The notes under the pieces: model-generated
Seen by the model: only the letters and a program-made list of their open reading frames with translations
Database searches by the model: none
Told to the model about the DNA's origin: nothing
In this document: piece after piece, positions 58,131 through 64,000 of the stretch
Position numbering within the stretch: position 1 is the stretch's first letter
Layout of the letters: the number at the start of each line of letters is the position of its first letter
NCBI RefSeq assembly: GCF_009914755.1
Contig: NC_060930.1
DNA: 64,000 nucleotides
DNA from: the human T2T-CHM13v2.0 reference genome, Homo sapiens
Reading direction: 5' to 3' (one strand)
Position numbers and translations under genes: made by a program

Positions 58131-58784
58131 CTATAAAATAATAATACTATATATGTAAAAAATAATAACAATAGTATCATCATCATCATCAATTATCATC
58201 ATTATCATTATTCTGAGAGGCCCTTGAGGACAATTACTATGTTTTCATCTCTGTAGATTTGAAAATGAATCAAAAGTCATGCACAAAATGGTTTCTCAAT
58301 AAATATTCTCAAAGTGCTAAATAATTGATATTTGTCACCAAAACTCTGACCCTTTACTTACAGTCTGAATCAGTTAATGACACAACTACCAAACCTTTCC
58401 ATACAATATGAATAAAAACTTGGAAGATGGTAGTAAGTGTCGTTTCTCATGAAGACAAATATTTATCTCATCGTAAATCCTGAGATTAAATCTTACTGTC
58501 CTCTCAAACTGTTTTATTTCTCTTGTCTTGAGTATCAGCCTAACCAAAGATCTCCTCATTATGTGGACTCTTGCAGTCTTTTCCATTTTGCTCTCTCTCC
58601 AATCTCATTCTAATTTGCATGCCTTCCACCCATCCATAATCTACTGGCTTCAAAATCTTTCCAACCTGCTGAAGTTTTGTGTCCCTCCTTTGCATTTCTT
58701 TTACTCCTGTTCTCTTACATTCTTTGCACTGTTAGCTTATCTGTGTATTTCTTACTAGTCTGTGGATGTTTTGAGAACAAGAGG

Positions 58785-58822
58785 TAGATAGATAGATGAT
58801 AGATAGATAGGTACATAGATAG
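58785..58822. repeat. (GATA)n tetranucleotide repeat, imperfect
   Basis: tagatagatagatgatagatagataggtacatagataga. Confidence 0.9.
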
Positions 58823-61800
58823 ACCTTGAAATATGTATAATTCATCTCTATTTTACCAGAATTTAGAATATGTTTGACCTAATATATGCAAAATACATGT
58901 TCATTGAAATAAATTGTCGAGAAGCAAACTAACGTCCCTCTTGATGATAAAACTGTAATTCCTGCCTCCTTATTTAGATACATATTATTGTAGAACTTAA
59001 AATCTCATGCTCGATAAGAAAACGTTTGTATATTCATTTTTATTTTCCAGTTTGCAAGGAAAATAGAAAACAGCTATTTATCTAAGTGCATTACATTATT
59101 TTCAACTGTTATTGTCTTGGTTTGGTTTTCAGCTTCAGTGTACAATTTTCGTAAAGTCAGCAACGAAATTTAATAATACAATGTACTTAATTTGGGGGGA
59201 AAAACAGTGCTTTCCTAAATACTATTTTATTATTATACCATTGGAACAGTGCCTGCCAGATAGTTTTTTGTGACCTCTATACATACAGAATATATCACTC
59301 ATGAGAATAACTGCATATTTTACAAGCATTATAAGATATTTTTATAAAATGCATGGCTGCATTTTTAAATATGATCTTACAACTTTAAGACATTTATATC
59401 ATATTGAACTTGACATCTCTGAGCCATCATATCATGTTTTACATCCTTTTATTATAAAAAAAAATTAACTTAACCTCTAGAATTCTGAGATGTTCTTCCT
59501 AAGTGACGAAGTAGATATATTGATAATACAAAAATATAAGCTTAACATCATGAACTTACAAGCACATATCTTAGCTAATGATAAGAAATGCATTTCATCA
59601 TAAAAATGACTTTTTGTTTCTTATCTTCTTTATTTAGAAATAATACATTTAATCTAAACAAACTTTGATTTAGTTTTTTCAAACTTCTTGCCTTATATAT
59701 TTTTAATATAACACTGAATCCTGAATTCTACTTAAAAATTATTTATTTTTAAAGTTTCAGCTAATGTAAGACCACTATTTCTATATTAGAAATATAAATT
59801 ATAAATATAAAAAATAAGGATTCACATTTTAAAAAAGATTGTTTTTTTATTGAGGAAGATCTAAATGTCCACTATATTTTAATAGTTTAAAGGCATTAGA
59901 AAAACATTTTAAAGGCACTTCAGTTTATTTATTTGTTTCTCAGAACTCATTAGACTGTTTTTTTTTAATAAAAGCCAGTACCTGTGGCCTTTTGTCTATT
60001 TATTTTAAAGAAGCGAGTACTTGTGATCTTAGACAAACATAAATTTAAAGATGAAAAGCTTAGTTATACCATTTGTTAATCTAGTTGTTTGGTTGAAGGA
60101 AAAAAAAGATGGTAAAAGAGAACGACTTAACATGCTTCCATCATCATTTCAACCATTCAGGAATATTTTCTGAAACTTTTAAATAAAGATAAAAGATGTA
60201 ATAACTTTTTATCCCTATTCTCACTTTTCATATCTAAACACTCTATAAAAAGAAAAATTGCTAAAGATAATTTATTGTAGTACACAACCATTATTACAAA
60301 AAGGAAACTATGAGTAATCTTTTAATATAGTTGTATTTAAAACAAAACAATGGAAGATATTGAGAATATGTGTATACCTCCTTAGATCTTAGCAAAATAC
60401 AAATATCTCTGAACGTCTAAGACTCATGAAAAGTCCATTGACTGATTAGAGAAATTTAATCTAGGCATTTTAGTAAACTACTGGAGGATAGAAAATGTTC
60501 TTATTCGGACAACTATCTATGTCACAACAGGTAGAGAAGTTAAAGAAAAAATAATGCAAACTTGTCAACTTTATCAACTATGACATACCTCTAACTGGAA
60601 GAAAATTGCTAAAAGTAAACTGCAGCCAAAGATGAGCATTAGTATAAAGAAGTTCACAGATGATCAATAACAAATGTATACAATGGTGCAGTTACTGAAA
60701 ATACAGGGGAACCCGGTGTGAGGACAGCGAACATGAGAGTATTGTTAGCAAGGTTTGGAGATGACAAAATCACAGTAAAAATACAGGATGCCCTATCTCA
60801 TCTCATCCTACCTCAGTCACACTCTCAAATCCAGAAAAGATTATAAGAAAAAAAAAGAGAATAACTCATTTAAAGTTGAATAACTACCTAGTAATTGACA
60901 GATGGTCTTTGGAATATGAAAAAATGTCTATATTCGTTAGTCTCTCAAATGAGCAGTCAAAATATATAAAATTCAAATAAATGTATTATTTAATAGAGAT
61001 AGAACTTGGAGTGATTTTAAAATAATTTTTATACTTTTTTCATAACAATAGAAAAAGAACAGTAAAATTTCTCTCCAGATTTAAACTTGATAAAGCCATT
61101 TTCTCCCCATATAGTCTTCATTTTTGACAACTCCCTTCTGTCGTCTAAAACTCAGATCCTTCCTTCATGCTTCCCATAAGATTTTCACTGACAATCTAAG
61201 GTGCTCCCCAATCCTACCAAGTTGTTTTGCTCATGTTTCCTCTGCTCCTTTTACCCCAACACATCTCCCAAGGTTTACGCTCTCTCATACAACATTGAAA
61301 AGTAAAGAACACAGGAGAAAGACAATGAATACTTGAGAACACCCACTGTAGCCAAGGAGTTAATTAAGAAGTACATGGAAAAAGGCCTACCATCTGGAGG
61401 GGTAACAAAAAATCTTGTGAGGAACAGAAAGATTTATGAGGCCATATCCTTGAGATATAGGCCCACTGTGCACTGTAAAGCCCGAGACTTAATCAGAAGA
61501 CTAAAGACCCATGTCCACAGTCTACCACCAAGTTAATAAGCATCCAGTAATAATAACAGTGGATTGTAGCTTAGAAAACTATGAGAGAGTACAAAGCAAA
61601 GTCCCAGAACTAATATGTTTTTAAATCTAGAGCTAAGAACAAGGTCACTTGAGGCATTTGAAATGTCTGACATCCATAGTTTAAGAAACATCAAACACAG
61701 TCCAACCCAACTCCAGGACATTTTAACATTCTCACACTGAAGCCCATATCTATTGATATATGCATGCATGTTTATCAATTTAAAAAACATACCAAAACAG

Positions 61801-62525
61801 TCTTATAAATAAAACAATCATCAGAAGCATATTTAGATATGAAACAGGAGTTAGAACTATCAGAAAAAAAATTTAAAGTAACTATGATTGATATATTAAA
61901 GGTTCTAATTGAGAATGTATAAAACATGCAACATCAAATGTAGAATATATATCTACTTAGAGATTAAAATAATACAGAATATAAAATAAATCTTTATATA
62001 AAAAACATAGTAAAAGAAAAGAAGAATGTCTTGAAAGTGCTCATCAGTAGACCCAACACAGCCAAGGAAATAATTCAGTGAACTTCAATATATCAACAGA
62101 AATTGCTAAACAGAAACACAAAGAGAAAAAATATGAAAAAATAGAAAATCTAAGAATTGTGGAACAATATCAAGCAGTGTGCATACATTTAATTGGAATA
62201 CCAGATGGAAAAAAATGGAATGAGACAGAAGAAATATTTGATGTAATAATTGAAGTATTAATGACATTAACTAAGTCAGAAATTTAGGAAGTTCAGAGAA
62301 CACCAAGTAGGATAAATATCAACAAAAACAACAACTAAACTAAATAAACAAGAAAAGAACATCCATACTTTTCAAACTACAGGACAAAGAGAAATTGTTG
62401 AAGCCAGCCAGAAGAGGAAAATCAAACCCACATCTTCAGAGCAACATGAATAAAAATTAAAATGAATTTCTCAGAAACCATGTAATTAAGAAGAAAGTAA
62501 AACCTAATATTTTTAAAGAAAAATA

Positions 62526-62872
<347 letters not shown>

Positions 62873-62913
62873 TCAGTGAAAATATCTACGATAAATAAAG
62901 GAGACATTCCCAG

Positions 62914-63643
<730 letters not shown>

Positions 63644-63817
63644 TTCAGCACACAAAAATTAGGAAAATGCATTGCCAGCAGAGTTGACCTACAATAAACG
63701 TTAAAAGATCTTCAGGCAGAAGAGTTTTCTAGGTAACCTTAAACCAGCCCTGTTCTCCCACTGTTCTCTAATGTTGTTTTCAAGAGTAACTGTAGAATGT
63801 GTAGAAAATGCAAATGC

Positions 63818-64000
63818 TTTTTAATTTTTTTATTATTACTATTATACTTTAAAGTTCTGGGGTACATGTGTAGAGCATGCAGGTTTGTTACATAGCTATA
63901 CATGTGCCCTGGTGTGTTGTTCCTCCCTTCAATCCGTCTCCTACATTAGGTATTTCTCCTAATGCTACCCCTCTCCTAGTCCCCCACTCCCTGATATGCC
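63818..64000 (-). mobile_element. L1PA 3' end (runs off the window)
   Basis: tattatactttaaagttctggggtacatgtg...caggtttgttacatag...cattaggtatttctcctaatgcta. Confidence 0.92.

Overview
AT-rich primate (very probably human or ape) genomic DNA, intergenic or deep intronic, made up mostly of interspersed repeats. I recognise no intact protein-coding gene, RNA gene or CpG island. The ORF track consists of Alu, L1, MaLR and ERV-L read-throughs plus chance ORFs. The main structures are: (1) an old plus-strand L1M (~5.0-10.2 kb) carrying a Tigger3b with an Alu inside it; (2) a full-length decayed Hsmar2 mariner (16266-17946) containing a MADE1 (Hsmar1 MITE) that is itself split by an Alu; (3) a complete THE1 MaLR provirus with a perfect GCTAC target-site duplication (TSD; 31390-33803); (4) an apparently full-length minus-strand L1MA (~40.4-57.4 kb) expanded to ~17 kb by a complete ERV-L provirus (MLT2B LTRs, gag-pro-pol-dUTPase, with an LTR9 in its 5' LTR), an HML-6 LTR3 solo LTR, two Alus and a younger L1PA fragment; (5) about 17 Alu or FLAM copies, plus MER3, MER20, MER44A, MER58, MIR, L2 and MLT1 fragments. 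I do not see a convincing new biological system. The best leads are the nested-transposon architecture, retained early-embryo or pluripotency transcription-factor motifs in LTRs, and a few splice-signal-bounded candidate exons in unique sequence. Subfamily names come from recalled consensus sequences and need RepeatMasker/Dfam confirmation.
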